From assembly GCA_052426225.1 (NCBI GenBank), contig JBNJNM010000011.1, positions 248,001-312,000 on the forward strand: a DNA stretch of 64,000 nucleotides. Direction: 5' to 3'. Below, piece by piece: positions 45,527 to 57,894 of the stretch. The position numbers and the translations under genes are program-made. The DNA is from Zancudomyces culisetae HAW-14-8 (Eukaryota > Fungi > Kickxellomycota). Under the pieces are notes generated by a model, which was not told the DNA's origin, did not search any database, and saw only the letters and a list, made by a program, of their open reading frames with translations. Positions within the stretch are counted from its first letter, which is position 1. Each line of letters starts with the position of its first letter.

Positions 45527-48500
45527 CTATGGTAGAATGCCCTCATTCGTACCTATCTGTCTGAATCTTTTTAACTTTGACTTTAGCGTTGTGGTCACTT
45601 CTGGTATCATAAAATCCTTTTGATGATATTTTTTCAAGATGTCACCATTAATTAAATCTCTGTTGCCTTTATCATCTCTTATTATGTAACAGCCTTTACT
45701 TAGTACTCTTTCAATCACATAAGGACCTTCCCATAATCTTTCGAGTTTCGCTTTTTCGTATTCGACCAGTTTTAATACTAAATCGCCCATTTTGAAATTA
45801 TACATTTTAACCTTTTTATTATACCTAATTTCATCGTTTTTCTTTGCCAAAACTGATTTTGTTGTTCCCAGTTCTCTTAACTGTGGTAAATCGTCTTTAA
45901 TGTTTTGAATCCTATTTTTTATTTCTTCTTCGATATTTGATATTTCACCGTTATAATTCCATAATGATGGTAAATCCAATTGTACTCCGTATAACATTTC
46001 TGCTGGACTTAAACCTGTTGATTTATTTTTCATCGTTCTTATGACTAAAAGTGTTTTCCATAAATAACTGTCCCAATTTTTCTTGTCTTGTTTACATTGC
46101 TTTTGTAAAATGTTGACTAAGGTTTTATTGAACCTTTCTACTTGGCCGTTACTCTGAGGCCTGTAAGGTGAAGTCGGAGAATGATTTATGCCCAACCATT
46201 CATACACCTTTGTCGTACTTTCGCTTATAAAACTTGGTCCCCTATCTGAAATAATTTTTTGCGGTATTCCATAATATTGTACTATATGGTTAATTATAAA
46301 CGAAATAATAGTTTCACTTAATAAATTCTCAACTGGAATGGCAATTGGCCATTTCGTACAATAATCGATTGCTGTGAGAATATATCTGTTTCCTGAATTT
46401 GTGATATGATTAAATGGGCCTACAGCATCAATCCCTATAATTTCAAACGGTTTAGTTACTTTGATTGGGATCAATGGATGTTTAAAAGTTCTTCCATCCT
46501 TGTATAGTTGACACAAATGACAACTTTGTACCATATCATATACATTTTTGTATAAGTTATTCCCGCAATATTTTTCACTGATTCTTTTCCATGTGTTTTC
46601 GATCCCTTCGTGTGTTTCATTGTGTATGCTGTTGATGACTTCAGAATAATTATTTTCATGTAGTACTTCTTTAATTTTGTTTTTTATAACTTTACACAAT
46701 TTCCCATCTACAAGTTGATATTTACTTGAATTTTTAACTATATTGTTTTTATAATTTTCATCACAATTGCTTGGAAATGATAAGTCTGCTAAATACTGTT
46801 TTAAGCATTCGTGTTCGGTAAAATCCATTGCATAAACGTCGATTTCATCTTTATCGGTTTCGTATTCTTCGTTTGTTAATCTCGATAAGCTGTCTGCTGG
46901 ATTATTTTTACCTGGGATATGTTCGATATCAAACTCAAAGTTCCTTAAAATCATTGCCCACCTGGCAATCCTACCTGTCAATTCTGTACCGTTAAATATC
47001 TGTAATAATGCTTTATGATCAGTACGTATAACAAATTTTCTACCCCATAAATAATACTTAAATTTTTTTATCGCCCAAACTACCGCTAATGCCTCGAGAT
47101 GACTTATTGAATAGTTTTTCTCGGCTTTATTTGTAGTCCTGCTGGCGTATTCAATTACTCTTCCTTGTTGTTGCGATAGCACTGCTCCTAACCCATTTAT
47201 CGACGCATCTGTGGTTATTATAAATTGTTCTTCCCAATCTGGATGGTCTAGAATTGGTGCTTCAGTAAGTGAGTCTTTTAGTTTTTCCAATGCTTGGTCT
47301 TGTTCGTGTTCCCACTTCCACGGCTCGCTTTTCTTAAGTAGTTTTGTAATTGGTTGTGCAACTTTTGCATAATTCTGTATATACTTTCTGTAGTATCCAG
47401 ATAATCCTAAAAGTGATTGAACCTCTTTTATATTTGTCGGTTTCTTGATATTTTGTATCGCTTCGACTTTATTTTTGCTAGTACCTATCCCTTTCCCGGA
47501 TATTACATGCCCTAAATATTCGATACACTTTTGTCCCATTAAACATTTTTCCCTATTTAACTGTATACCATTTGTTTTTAATAAATCAAATACCAACTTA
47601 ACATCCTCAACATGGTCTTTTTCATTTTTAGAATATATAATTATATCATCTATAAAGACAACTGCCTTTTTCCATAAAACAGGCTTTAAAGCTAACTCCA
47701 TAGCTCTTTGGAATGTTGAAGGACTGTTAGTCAGTCCGAACGGCATGACATTGTATTTATAACTACCTCCCCCCGGTATGGCGAATGTGGTTTTATCCTT
47801 ATCCTTTTCAGACATTTTAATCTGCCAAAATCCATTGATAGCGTCTAGCGTACTGAAAATTGTTGCACCTGCTAGAGCCATAAATAAGTCTTGAATAACC
47901 GGTAACGGGTAGGAGTCCTTTTTTGTAACCTTATTTAATTGACGGTAATCAGCACATATTCTTAAACTACCGTTTTTCTTATGAACAATGACGACTGGTG
48001 AACACCATTCTGCGTCGCTTGGTTCGATTATTTTCCTGTTCAGCATTTCTTTAAGTTGTTCTTCAACTTTTTCTTGAAGTCTATAGGGTATCCTATATGG
48101 CTTCTGTTTGATAGGCTTTTCATCTGTCAGCTCAATCTTATGTTCTGTTATAGATGTCTGTTTTAATTCTGAGATGTCATCTACAAAGATGTCATCAAAC
48201 TCTTCAATCACTTCAGCTAGTTTACTATTGTTATCTGCTTCTAAGCCCTTTGGTGCCTCCTTAACCACGTAATACATTTCTGTTTCATCCTCTTGAATTT
48301 GTGTAGTAGTGGTTAACCTGGTAATGAGCTCTGAGTTTTCAATTGGAAATCTTATCTCTGGTACTTTCAGATTAATTATCGCTCTGTGTTTGAGAAGCCA
48401 GTCGGTTCCTAAGATCAAATTTCCTTCATTTTTTTCCATAACAACCAAGTTTGCTGGAAGTATAACCGAAGCTATTTTCACTGGTACATTGTTAATCTTA

Positions 48501-49906
48501 CCCAATGTTGGATGTTTTTTACCATCCGCAGTTATAATAATTTGAATATTTCTGCTATCAATATCTAAACCCCAACATTCTACCATTTTAGGACCAACAA
48601 CTGAACAAGCTGCGCCAGTATCAATGACTGCTGAAATATCTTGTCCAAAAATTTGTACTTGTGCTCTACAATTGGTAATTTTCCTTTCATGTATTGAAAT
48701 CTCATTAATTTCTGAAGTATCCTTTTTGTTGCATAGTCCAACTAACTCTTTTGCTAGTATAGGTGAACTATCTAACAGTTGTATAAGGCTAATCTTTGGA
48801 TATACCTTATTCAACTCATCCCTTAATGAAAATGCCTTTGTACCGTTTTGTATCCTTGGGTTATACCTTTTTTGTATTTGTACACTCAGCGGTACATCTT
48901 CATCAATTTCCTCAACATTTTTTTCTACAGTTTTTTCTTTAATAAAATTTTCTGATAAAGTTGATGTTGCTGCAGTGTTGTTTCTTTTTCTTGCTCTTAT
49001 TTCAGTAGTGGTATCATTTAATGAATTGTTTTTTCTTTTTTCAACCGCAAATAGCTGCTTACTGTCTGATTCTTTTTCACCTACAATGTCAATGAAATTT
49101 ACGTTAGCATTTATTTTAGAATTACTATCTTGATTCTTCTGAGCTTTCCATTTTTGGCATTCGAACTTCCTATGTCCTTCCTCCTGGCAATAGAAACACT
49201 TGTAAACATTGGTATTCTCGGGTCTATAACTTTTCAATTTTTTATCTACTACTTCATCCACTTTAGCTAAAAGACTAACACTTAATTCCTCGAATTTCCT
49301 AATCATAGCTGCATACGGCTCTTTGTCTTTTGACATATCCTTAATGGTTCTACCCTGCCTACTCGCAGCATTTTTAGATAGTTCCTTCATTTTGCTTACT
49401 TTATCTTTGTACTCACTCTTCCTATATACTCCTTGTTCAGACTTCTCCAACTTAGATATGAACTTTATCACCTTGTCCCAACTCTTGTATCCTGTTTCTT
49501 CCAGCTTTTCCTTATGCTCTGCCTTCAGGATACTAACTAGTAAATCCAGTTTGATATCATCCTTGGTTATTCCTGCTTTTTCACACAACAGTTCTAGATC
49601 ATATTCCAATTCCTCTATGCTGTTGTAGTCGGAGTGTTTGATGTTTCTCAACTTATCCCAGACTTGACACTTGGTCTCCTTGATGCTAAACTTTTCAATA
49701 AATAGTTTACTGAATTCATCCCAACTCGTGAAATACTCTTTGTTTTTCTTATACCAAATGGCTTCCTTCTTGCCAAGGTAAAGTCTCACAAGATCAATCC
49801 AGTCCCCTTCATCCCAATTGTTTTGTTTAGCAACTAACCTATAGTTATCCGCCCAGTCCTCGGGGTCAATACCCATATCAGATTCAAAAGTCTTCGGTGT
49901 GATCAT
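45527..49906 (-). CDS. Gag-Pol polyprotein, copy 3
   Basis: 1459 aa; appears identical to copy 1. Confidence 0.97.
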   Translation of the reverse strand: MITPKTFESDMGIDPEDWADNYRLVAKQNNWDEGDWIDLVRLYLGKKEAIWYKKNKEYFTSWDEFSKLFIEKFSIKETKCQVWDKLRNIKHSDYNSIEELEYDLELLCEKAGITKDDIKLDLLVSILKAEHKEKLEETGYKSWDKVIKFISKLEKSEQGVYRKSEYKDKVSKMKELSKNAASRQGRTIKDMSKDKEPYAAMIRKFEELSVSLLAKVDEVVDKKLKSYRPENTNVYKCFYCQEEGHRKFECQKWKAQKNQDSNSKINANVNFIDIVGEKESDSKQLFAVEKRKNNSLNDTTTEIRARKRNNTAATSTLSENFIKEKTVEKNVEEIDEDVPLSVQIQKRYNPRIQNGTKAFSLRDELNKVYPKISLIQLLDSSPILAKELVGLCNKKDTSEINEISIHERKITNCRAQVQIFGQDISAVIDTGAACSVVGPKMVECWGLDIDSRNIQIIITADGKKHPTLGKINNVPVKIASVILPANLVVMEKNEGNLILGTDWLLKHRAIINLKVPEIRFPIENSELITRLTTTTQIQEDETEMYYVVKEAPKGLEADNNSKLAEVIEEFDDIFVDDISELKQTSITEHKIELTDEKPIKQKPYRIPYRLQEKVEEQLKEMLNRKIIEPSDAEWCSPVVIVHKKNGSLRICADYRQLNKVTKKDSYPLPVIQDLFMALAGATIFSTLDAINGFWQIKMSEKDKDKTTFAIPGGGSYKYNVMPFGLTNSPSTFQRAMELALKPVLWKKAVVFIDDIIIYSKNEKDHVEDVKLVFDLLKTNGIQLNREKCLMGQKCIEYLGHVISGKGIGTSKNKVEAIQNIKKPTNIKEVQSLLGLSGYYRKYIQNYAKVAQPITKLLKKSEPWKWEHEQDQALEKLKDSLTEAPILDHPDWEEQFIITTDASINGLGAVLSQQQGRVIEYASRTTNKAEKNYSISHLEALAVVWAIKKFKYYLWGRKFVIRTDHKALLQIFNGTELTGRIARWAMILRNFEFDIEHIPGKNNPADSLSRLTNEEYETDKDEIDVYAMDFTEHECLKQYLADLSFPSNCDENYKNNIVKNSSKYQLVDGKLCKVIKNKIKEVLHENNYSEVINSIHNETHEGIENTWKRISEKYCGNNLYKNVYDMVQSCHLCQLYKDGRTFKHPLIPIKVTKPFEIIGIDAVGPFNHITNSGNRYILTAIDYCTKWPIAIPVENLLSETIISFIINHIVQYYGIPQKIISDRGPSFISESTTKVYEWLGINHSPTSPYRPQSNGQVERFNKTLVNILQKQCKQDKKNWDSYLWKTLLVIRTMKNKSTGLSPAEMLYGVQLDLPSLWNYNGEISNIEEEIKNRIQNIKDDLPQLRELGTTKSVLAKKNDEIRYNKKVKMYNFKMGDLVLKLVEYEKAKLERLWEGPYVIERVLSKGCYIIRDDKGNRDLINGDILKKYHQKDFMIPEVTTTLKSKLKRFRQIGTNEGILP

Positions 49907-49992
49907 TGTATCTAATTGCTGTCTTTTTAGAATATATTATCTGCACTTTGTTATGTTATTTTTCTAGGTATATGCCTAGCTGGGAGCGCCAC

Positions 49993-50381
49993 TGTTATAT
50001 TTTTATTTTAACTTAAACTTTTATTAACTTAAAATATACTTGAACTTTATCCTATTCTCTTACTATACCAAATATCCGTTAATATTGTTATTATTAACTA
50101 TTGAATATTAGTATACTGAATAAAAGAACTTATTACTACTATTTATTTGGATTAAAGATGTGTTTTATTTAGTGCTATTTCCCTGCACTTATATACTTTT
50201 ACTGCTAACTTAAAAAATACTATTAAAACTATACAAAGATACATAAACTTTACTACTGAAAGTTAAAGCATAAATTTGTATATACTGTTTAAAACTTGTA
50301 ATAAAAATCATAATACTAATTAAAAACATATGATTACTAAACTAAACTGTTTCAAGGTATGTCTTGGTTTACTATATGACA
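49993..50381 (-). repeat. LTR copy 4 (5'-most)
   Basis: Same sequence as copy 1; followed by the TTTTT TSD instead of a PPT. Confidence 0.95.
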
Positions 50382-50386
50382 TTTTT

Positions 50387-50847
50387 TGTTAGCGAAACAC
50401 AGGTTTACTTCGCTATTTTGAATATTATATATTTATTTTGATAGAAATACTATACTAAGTACTATTTTTAAAATTGTTTTCACTATAGTAACTATGCTAA
50501 AACAAATAGACCAAATTTAAATAAACTATATTTATTTGATGATGTAATACTAAGTGAATATCTAGCCATATTTATACATTTTAAAAATGACTATTACAAT
50601 ATTCTGAAATAATTTTATACTAATTAAATAAAAATCCTATAAAATATATTTAAATTGAACTAGAGTGTTGCTGTAGAAAAAATCCAGAAGGATAAAAAAA
50701 CTAGGCAGCACATAATATAATAAATAACCTATAATAAATATTATCTTATATTAAATGATAAACCTAAATATTAATATAAAAGTATATGAATAACTGGTAA
50801 GTTAAAATTATATAATGACTAGAGGTAGCTCTAGCCACTATATAACA
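50387..50847 (-). mobile_element. Probable solo LTR of a second, related family (461 bp)
   Basis: TGTTA...TAACA perfect terminal inverted repeat, flanked by TTTTT (50382-50386 and 50848-50852). Its right end ACTATATAACA matches the array LTR end ACTATATGACA at 10/11 positions. Confidence 0.7.
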
Positions 50848-52357
50848 TTTTTGTTAACAAATTTATTAGTATATATAGATACATTGTTTATTTATTAGTT
50901 ATGTTGGGTTTTGGAGAGATAAGTGGCGTAGAGTCTACATGTAGCTTCGATTAATAGGCTCACTTGATCCGTTATAATTATCTTAAAAATATCTATTAAT
51001 GGCTAAATACTGGAATCTCTTAGTATATTAGCTTATTTTGTATAAAGATAAGATAAGAACCAAAACCTACTATCGAAATTTTTCACTAAAAAACCTAACC
51101 AGAAATTGCCAAGGAAAAATGAGCCCAATTTCTAAAATAACTTTGATTACGTATTTCCATACACTATATTTATAAAGTATAATATATTGATAGCTTCTAT
51201 TATCGATTATAGCGAGGCAGATATTTTTTGTGTGTTAGAATATTTTGAATACCAAATCTCTTACTGTGTTGGTTTATAATACCTATAATTCAAATATCAC
51301 GTTAATTCTTTTTATTGTGATAAATTCCTACATTTTCATTTAAAATTTCACACTGAATACACCATATATCTTTTCCAAAATACTTCAACCTTATTCGATT
51401 GAATGTCAAACCCATATTCCGGTTTTATAAAGCTTAAATAATACTTAATTATATTTATTTTTACTTCGTATTTAGATTTTAAAACCTATACTATTCATTG
51501 TTTACTATATTTTTATTATTAACACTTGGTCATTAGTATTTATGTGTTTAATAATAAATGTGCCTGTTGTTCAAATTAAAGCTATGTCTTTTAGCGTTGT
51601 TATAAAAAATTGCGAGCTTTTTCTAGTTATAACTATTTGCTATTAAATTACACTATACACTATACACTTTACTACTTAAATATATAAATAGGGTCTTGAT
51701 TGTACTTTAAAACATGTTTTGTTTATTATGTTTCAGCTTTTTTCACATCTAATATTTAACTTTGTAAATACTAACAATAATACTTATTGTGTGATGTACT
51801 TTAATAACTTGACGCCTATCGATCAGAAATCCAATTCAAAGACACGCAATTTGGTGTACTCATTCCATCAAAATTACCTTTTAGTATAACATTCTTGTTT
51901 TGTTTTGATCGGTTTACTTTTCTATTATTTAGTCAAATAGAAGATGATACTTAACGTACCTCATTTAAAGAGGGAAAGTACAATTTTTCTAGCCATTGCA
52001 CTTAAACTATTAAATATAAATTATTAAATTCTAAACTTACTAGCTTTATATACAAACACATGGTAGTATTTTTATGACCATTTTCTGGAGTCTGATGATA
52101 GTTAATATATCAAAACTATTACAGCTAGTTTTAAATTCAGAACTTGTTTTTTTTATTAGACGGGAGCAGAGGTTTTCAAAAACTCATATTATTCCACTAT
52201 GGTTTTTAATACTTAGTATCGTTTATTCACTAAAATTTTCTCAAGTAAATTCTTACTTTTATTTAAAACTTTGTATAAGGCTAGCACTTGTAGATAGTAG
52301 TGATTAGTTATCACATATTTATAATAGGTAAATGGTTTTATTTAAAATACTAAATAT

Positions 52358-53518
52358 CTATTTACAAAATTCATTTGAAGAATACAGTTCATAGTATGCG
52401 GCGCCCATTGTTGTATAGTTACCCAAAATGTTTTCTAGATGGCCTGGAGAGTTTTTCCACGCTTCAAATAGAAGGGTAGGGTCAGTGGAGCCCGAAGCGG
52501 TGTTTTCAGCGGCAACATCACAATATACACCTGATGCATCAAACCTATCTAGAATACTATTAAATCTTGGATTGTCATGCGTTAATTCGCCAATCGAATA
52601 CTGGTACTCGCTCTGAATCTTAGCTGCGTTTATTAATTTTTCATTTATAGTCATAGGATGAAGACCTTTTGTGGAGCGTAAATTATTGATTAGTGTCAAA
52701 AGGGATTTTGTAAACTCAAGATCTGTAGAGGCAGGGCTTGTTGAAGCCGATGTACTACTAACGTTGCTTGTATTGGTGGTGCTGGTAGGTCTTGTTGAGT
52801 GGAGGCCTTTAGTTGAAGATGACACGGTTGTAGATGTTACGACTGATGATGTTGCAGTTGTGGGTGCCATAATTGTGGGTATCACTGTTGAGGATGCTGC
52901 GGTTGTAGATACCACAGTTGTAGGTATCGCTGTTGGGGATGTTGTAGTTGGAGAGTTCACAGTTATGGGCGTTTCTGTTGAAGATGTTCTAGTTGAAGAG
53001 GTCACAGTTGGAGATGCTGCAGTTGAGGACCTTGCAGTTGAAGGTGCTGCAGTAGAAGATGTTCTAGTTGAAGAGGTCACAGCTGTAGGTGTTATAGTTG
53101 GAGATATTTTTGATTCGATAGAAAATATATCTGAGCTTGACAAAGTAATGGAGCTGGGAGTATCCGTAGCTGTTGCTATAATCGTAGAGGTAACTATGTT
53201 CACAACACTAGTTGTTGTTGTAATGTTTCTCGTTTCTGTCTCTGTGACTGTAGCTGTATTCGTAACACGTGTTGTTGTTGTAATGTCTATCGTCTCTGTC
53301 ACTGTAGCTATGTTTGTTATGCGTTCAGTTTTAGTAGATGCTAAAATATGTGTACTAACTGCTGTCTTAATTTGTTTTACTACAAACACAGTTGTGACGT
53401 CCCTCTTGGATAAGGTAGAGAGGATGGTGTTTGAGATATTGTCTGCTCCAAATGCCGATGAAATACATATTGATACCAGTGTTAAACTGAGTATTCTTGT
53501 AAGTATGCTTGCATACAT
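52358..53518 (-). CDS. Secreted protein: signal peptide, Thr/Ser-rich mucin-like stalk and C-terminal CAP/SCP domain
   Basis: Likely start MYASILTRILSLTLVSICISSAFG at 53518; KR site; CAP motifs INNLRSTKGL, LTHD, AENTA and WKNSPGHLENIL. Confidence 0.85.
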   Translation of the reverse strand: MYASILTRILSLTLVSICISSAFGADNISNTILSTLSKRDVTTVFVVKQIKTAVSTHILASTKTERITNIATVTETIDITTTTRVTNTATVTETETRNITTTTSVVNIVTSTIIATATDTPSSITLSSSDIFSIESKISPTITPTAVTSSTRTSSTAAPSTARSSTAASPTVTSSTRTSSTETPITVNSPTTTSPTAIPTTVVSTTAASSTVIPTIMAPTTATSSVVTSTTVSSSTKGLHSTRPTSTTNTSNVSSTSASTSPASTDLEFTKSLLTLINNLRSTKGLHPMTINEKLINAAKIQSEYQYSIGELTHDNPRFNSILDRFDASGVYCDVAAENTASGSTDPTLLFEAWKNSPGHLENILGNYTTMGAAYYELYSSNEFCK

Positions 53519-55001
53519 TGTGAAGTATGGAATAATTTGGTTTGGTGTAGGAAGCTCAGCCTCTGTCAAAGAGAAGGGTTTAAATATAAATAGCAATTTG
53601 AGTTTTAGTAACTGCATTTTCAATGTGTGGTGCAAGTATATTCAATCGGGCTGGTATGACGATTGATTTGCCTTTTTTTTTTGTACGAATTTATTAGATA
53701 AAAATATATTTGGCTATACGCTAAAATAACTACGGATAAAAAAATACACTTTAAAAATACATCCATGTTGGTTCAAGTTGGTAGTTGAAATATCAAATAT
53801 TAAAGTATAACGTAAGCATAATGTAATGTAATGTAACTATTCATGTTTGTTACAAATACATTTATAAGGACAATACCTCGGATGAAATTTTAAGACTGGG
53901 CCATGAGATAGGCTAAACTTAACATTTTTGCTTTGAAAAATATAAGATTAGTCTGCGAGAATCTTTATTGGCTAACAGTTTAAGTTCTAAAGTTGAACCG
54001 AATCTAATGAATGAAAGCATTACATAAGTTGTATAGTTTTTGAAACAGTATTTCAACTATCCACGTCTATTTATATCTTTGATATAAATATTAAATAAAT
54101 AACTATGTGCTGTTAAACCCAAGTATGTATGATATTATGTAATATACATGTGTCGTGGGCTGGCTACACATTTGTGATTTTTCATTCAGGGAAACAACTG
54201 AATTAAAAGGATGATGTAAGCAAAAGCAGATATCAGGGATAGTTCACTTAAAAAAAACATACCTGCAGTTTGTAGAATCATTCCAAGCTAAGGTTACGTC
54301 TAATTACCAGGAGTAATATCTTATTGAATACAGAAAACTACTAAAACACAAACTAAACTTCATACTTGATAATGCAAAGAGATCAAGGATTCATATTAAA
54401 CTAACATTACTATCGGTAGATATATTAAAAAAGTTTATGATTAGTCGTATCATTAATCAGTTGAATGCCTTTCAGTACCTACAAGATAAACCAATGTATT
54501 ATGTTATCTTTGATACACAGAAAAGACGCTATTCAGCTTTTCTAGAATATTGATTTAACAATAACTGTTGTGTTCCCAAGTTATCACACTGTTTGTTCCG
54601 TCTTTCAGAAAAATTCAACCTTTTAGGGATTTTCACTATTTCATATGAAAATAGCCGACCAGAACATCTCTTGCTCCTTACTCTACTAAATAGGGTTATT
54701 GTACAGATCTAATTTTCCTAGACTTGGGATTTCGAAAACCAAATCGTGAGCGATATCTACTTCCTCTTTCAATTTACGGCAGTTAATGCCACCCAACATC
54801 AACCCGAACTACAAACCTTACAGGTGGTATCGGGGATAAGCATAATTTTAAGCTCTAGGATGTTTCGTTTATCCTCTAAAAATGGAGAATCACTAAAAAT
54901 TCGGGTTACACACTTTTTTTTTTCAATATCGGGATTTCTTAATGACATGATTTTTGACATCAAACTCTTTTATTTCACTGTAACAAGTCGAAATTGTGTT
55001 C

Positions 55002-55021
55002 GGGGGGGGGGGGGGGGGGGG
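55002..55021 (+). repeat. G20 homopolymer
   Basis: Read directly. Confidence 0.85.
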
Positions 55022-56533
55022 TTAATGATGATTTTCAATAAAAACTGAAATGAGGTAATACGACATATAAATACAATTATATCATACACAACGGCCAAGA
55101 TTTAGTGTCTCCGTTCTCGGTTATGCAAATCCCAATTCACCTTCTTTGTAGTATTAAAACCGCCAATTAGCTACTAATTTTTTCCGTTTTTAGAGTTAAT
55201 TATAAGATTTTCGTTATCCATGAACTTAATTAATAATCAAAACGACCAAATGTACAATGTCCTATAAAGCATTAATACATACATCCTTAGTAAAAACCTT
55301 TATCTCTGATTTTTATGTTTACAGGAGCCTTTTTTTCACTTTAGGATATCCACACATAAGATATTACTGGAACCCAAGCTTAAAACAAGGACCTGAAGAG
55401 GCGCTTGGTAGTGGAGCATAGATGATGGGGTGCGAGTTTGTGAAAGAAGCGGATGGCGTTAGGTGCTCAAAAAAGGTGAAAGGAGGGTGGTATGACGTTT
55501 GTAAACATTCCAAGTTTACTAAATTCGTCTTGGCTTGGTTTGCTTCCTCCTCCCCCCCACTTGACATATACTTTCTAAATTCGTGAATAACACTTAGATA
55601 GCAGAAAACAACCACTTGGTGTCTACTATCGCACTAATGTGTAATTTTCTACCACAAACGGATCAAGTTGAATAGCGACGGCTCCAGAGAGGGAATAGAT
55701 TGTTGTCCAAGAATCTAAATCATATTTACGAGGGAAATGCAAAAAAAGAGTGAGGGAGGAGGAGGGGAAAGTAAAGCAGATTTACTTTTTATAGTAAATC
55801 TCGGAAAAAGTACAGTTGTCTTTCTTTAGTATTTTTGTAACCCTAATTAAAGTTTGAAGGGAAAGTTGGTGTAGTACTATCACATATTTTCATGAACTGA
55901 CTACAGTGTTTACAAAACATATATACAAGAGTACACCAGTACCTGTTAAAAACTTACTAATAGCGGATATTGAGTGGCAGTTTGTGCATTGGATAACAGA
56001 TCTAACATAACACTACCCTTTGGCATGTGTTTTTTTGTTCGGAGTTGTTTATTTTCTCGTAATTTGCGTCTATAATCACATGTGTATTCTTTTTTGCCAG
56101 AGGGCAAAGGTTTGAGTAGTTAATAATTATTTTGGCAACAGGCCCAGCAAATAACTCCCCGTTAATTTGTCATATAGGGTGGATTACTGGGAAATTTTCC
56201 TGAGTTGTATCAGCATAAATAGTTGGCGGTATGAAACAAGTTGACCTTTCTCTCCTTTTTTCCTATACTTATGAAATTCAACCATATTTTTTTAATTCTT
56301 GATTTAAGCATAAAATCCTTGGAGAAAATCAAATACTGCTAATCATGCTTTAAGGAGCCGGAACCCATAAAAGTCTTCGATTTTTAATTTCTCTGTTGAG
56401 TGGCTTTTTTTTTCCAAATCAAAAGAAAATCAATCTAGATACACCAAATTAAAGCTACAAAATTGCACATTTGTATAAAATAAACAAAAGACCAATAAAG
56501 TGTATAGCAAATACAAGCGAAAGGCGAAAAAAG

Positions 56534-57894
<1,361 letters not shown>

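Larger units (their letters stand above)
35395..50381 (-). mobile_element. Tandem trimer of a Ty3/gypsy LTR retrotransposon with shared LTRs (period 4866 bp), TSD TTTTT
   Basis: LTR-int-LTR-int-LTR-int-LTR. TTTTT at 35390-35394 and 50382-50386; a PBS and a PPT in every unit. Confidence 0.97.

Noticed and set aside
35395-50852. CRISPR array, env gene or endogenous retrovirus
   Set aside because: Eukaryotic DNA with no repeat-spacer array or cas genes, and no third ORF between integrase and LTR.
50852-51332. Possible third stacked solo LTR beginning TGTTAACA at 50852
   Set aside because: Its first T is needed for the 5-bp TSD of the previous element. The right boundary is ambiguous (CA followed by TTTT at 51332, TTAACA at 51524 or TATAACA at 51891), so it cannot be supported without a repeat search.
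52671-53666. 331-aa + strand ORF
   Set aside because: Antisense shadow of the Thr/Ser-rich CAP gene; Val-rich low complexity with no motifs.
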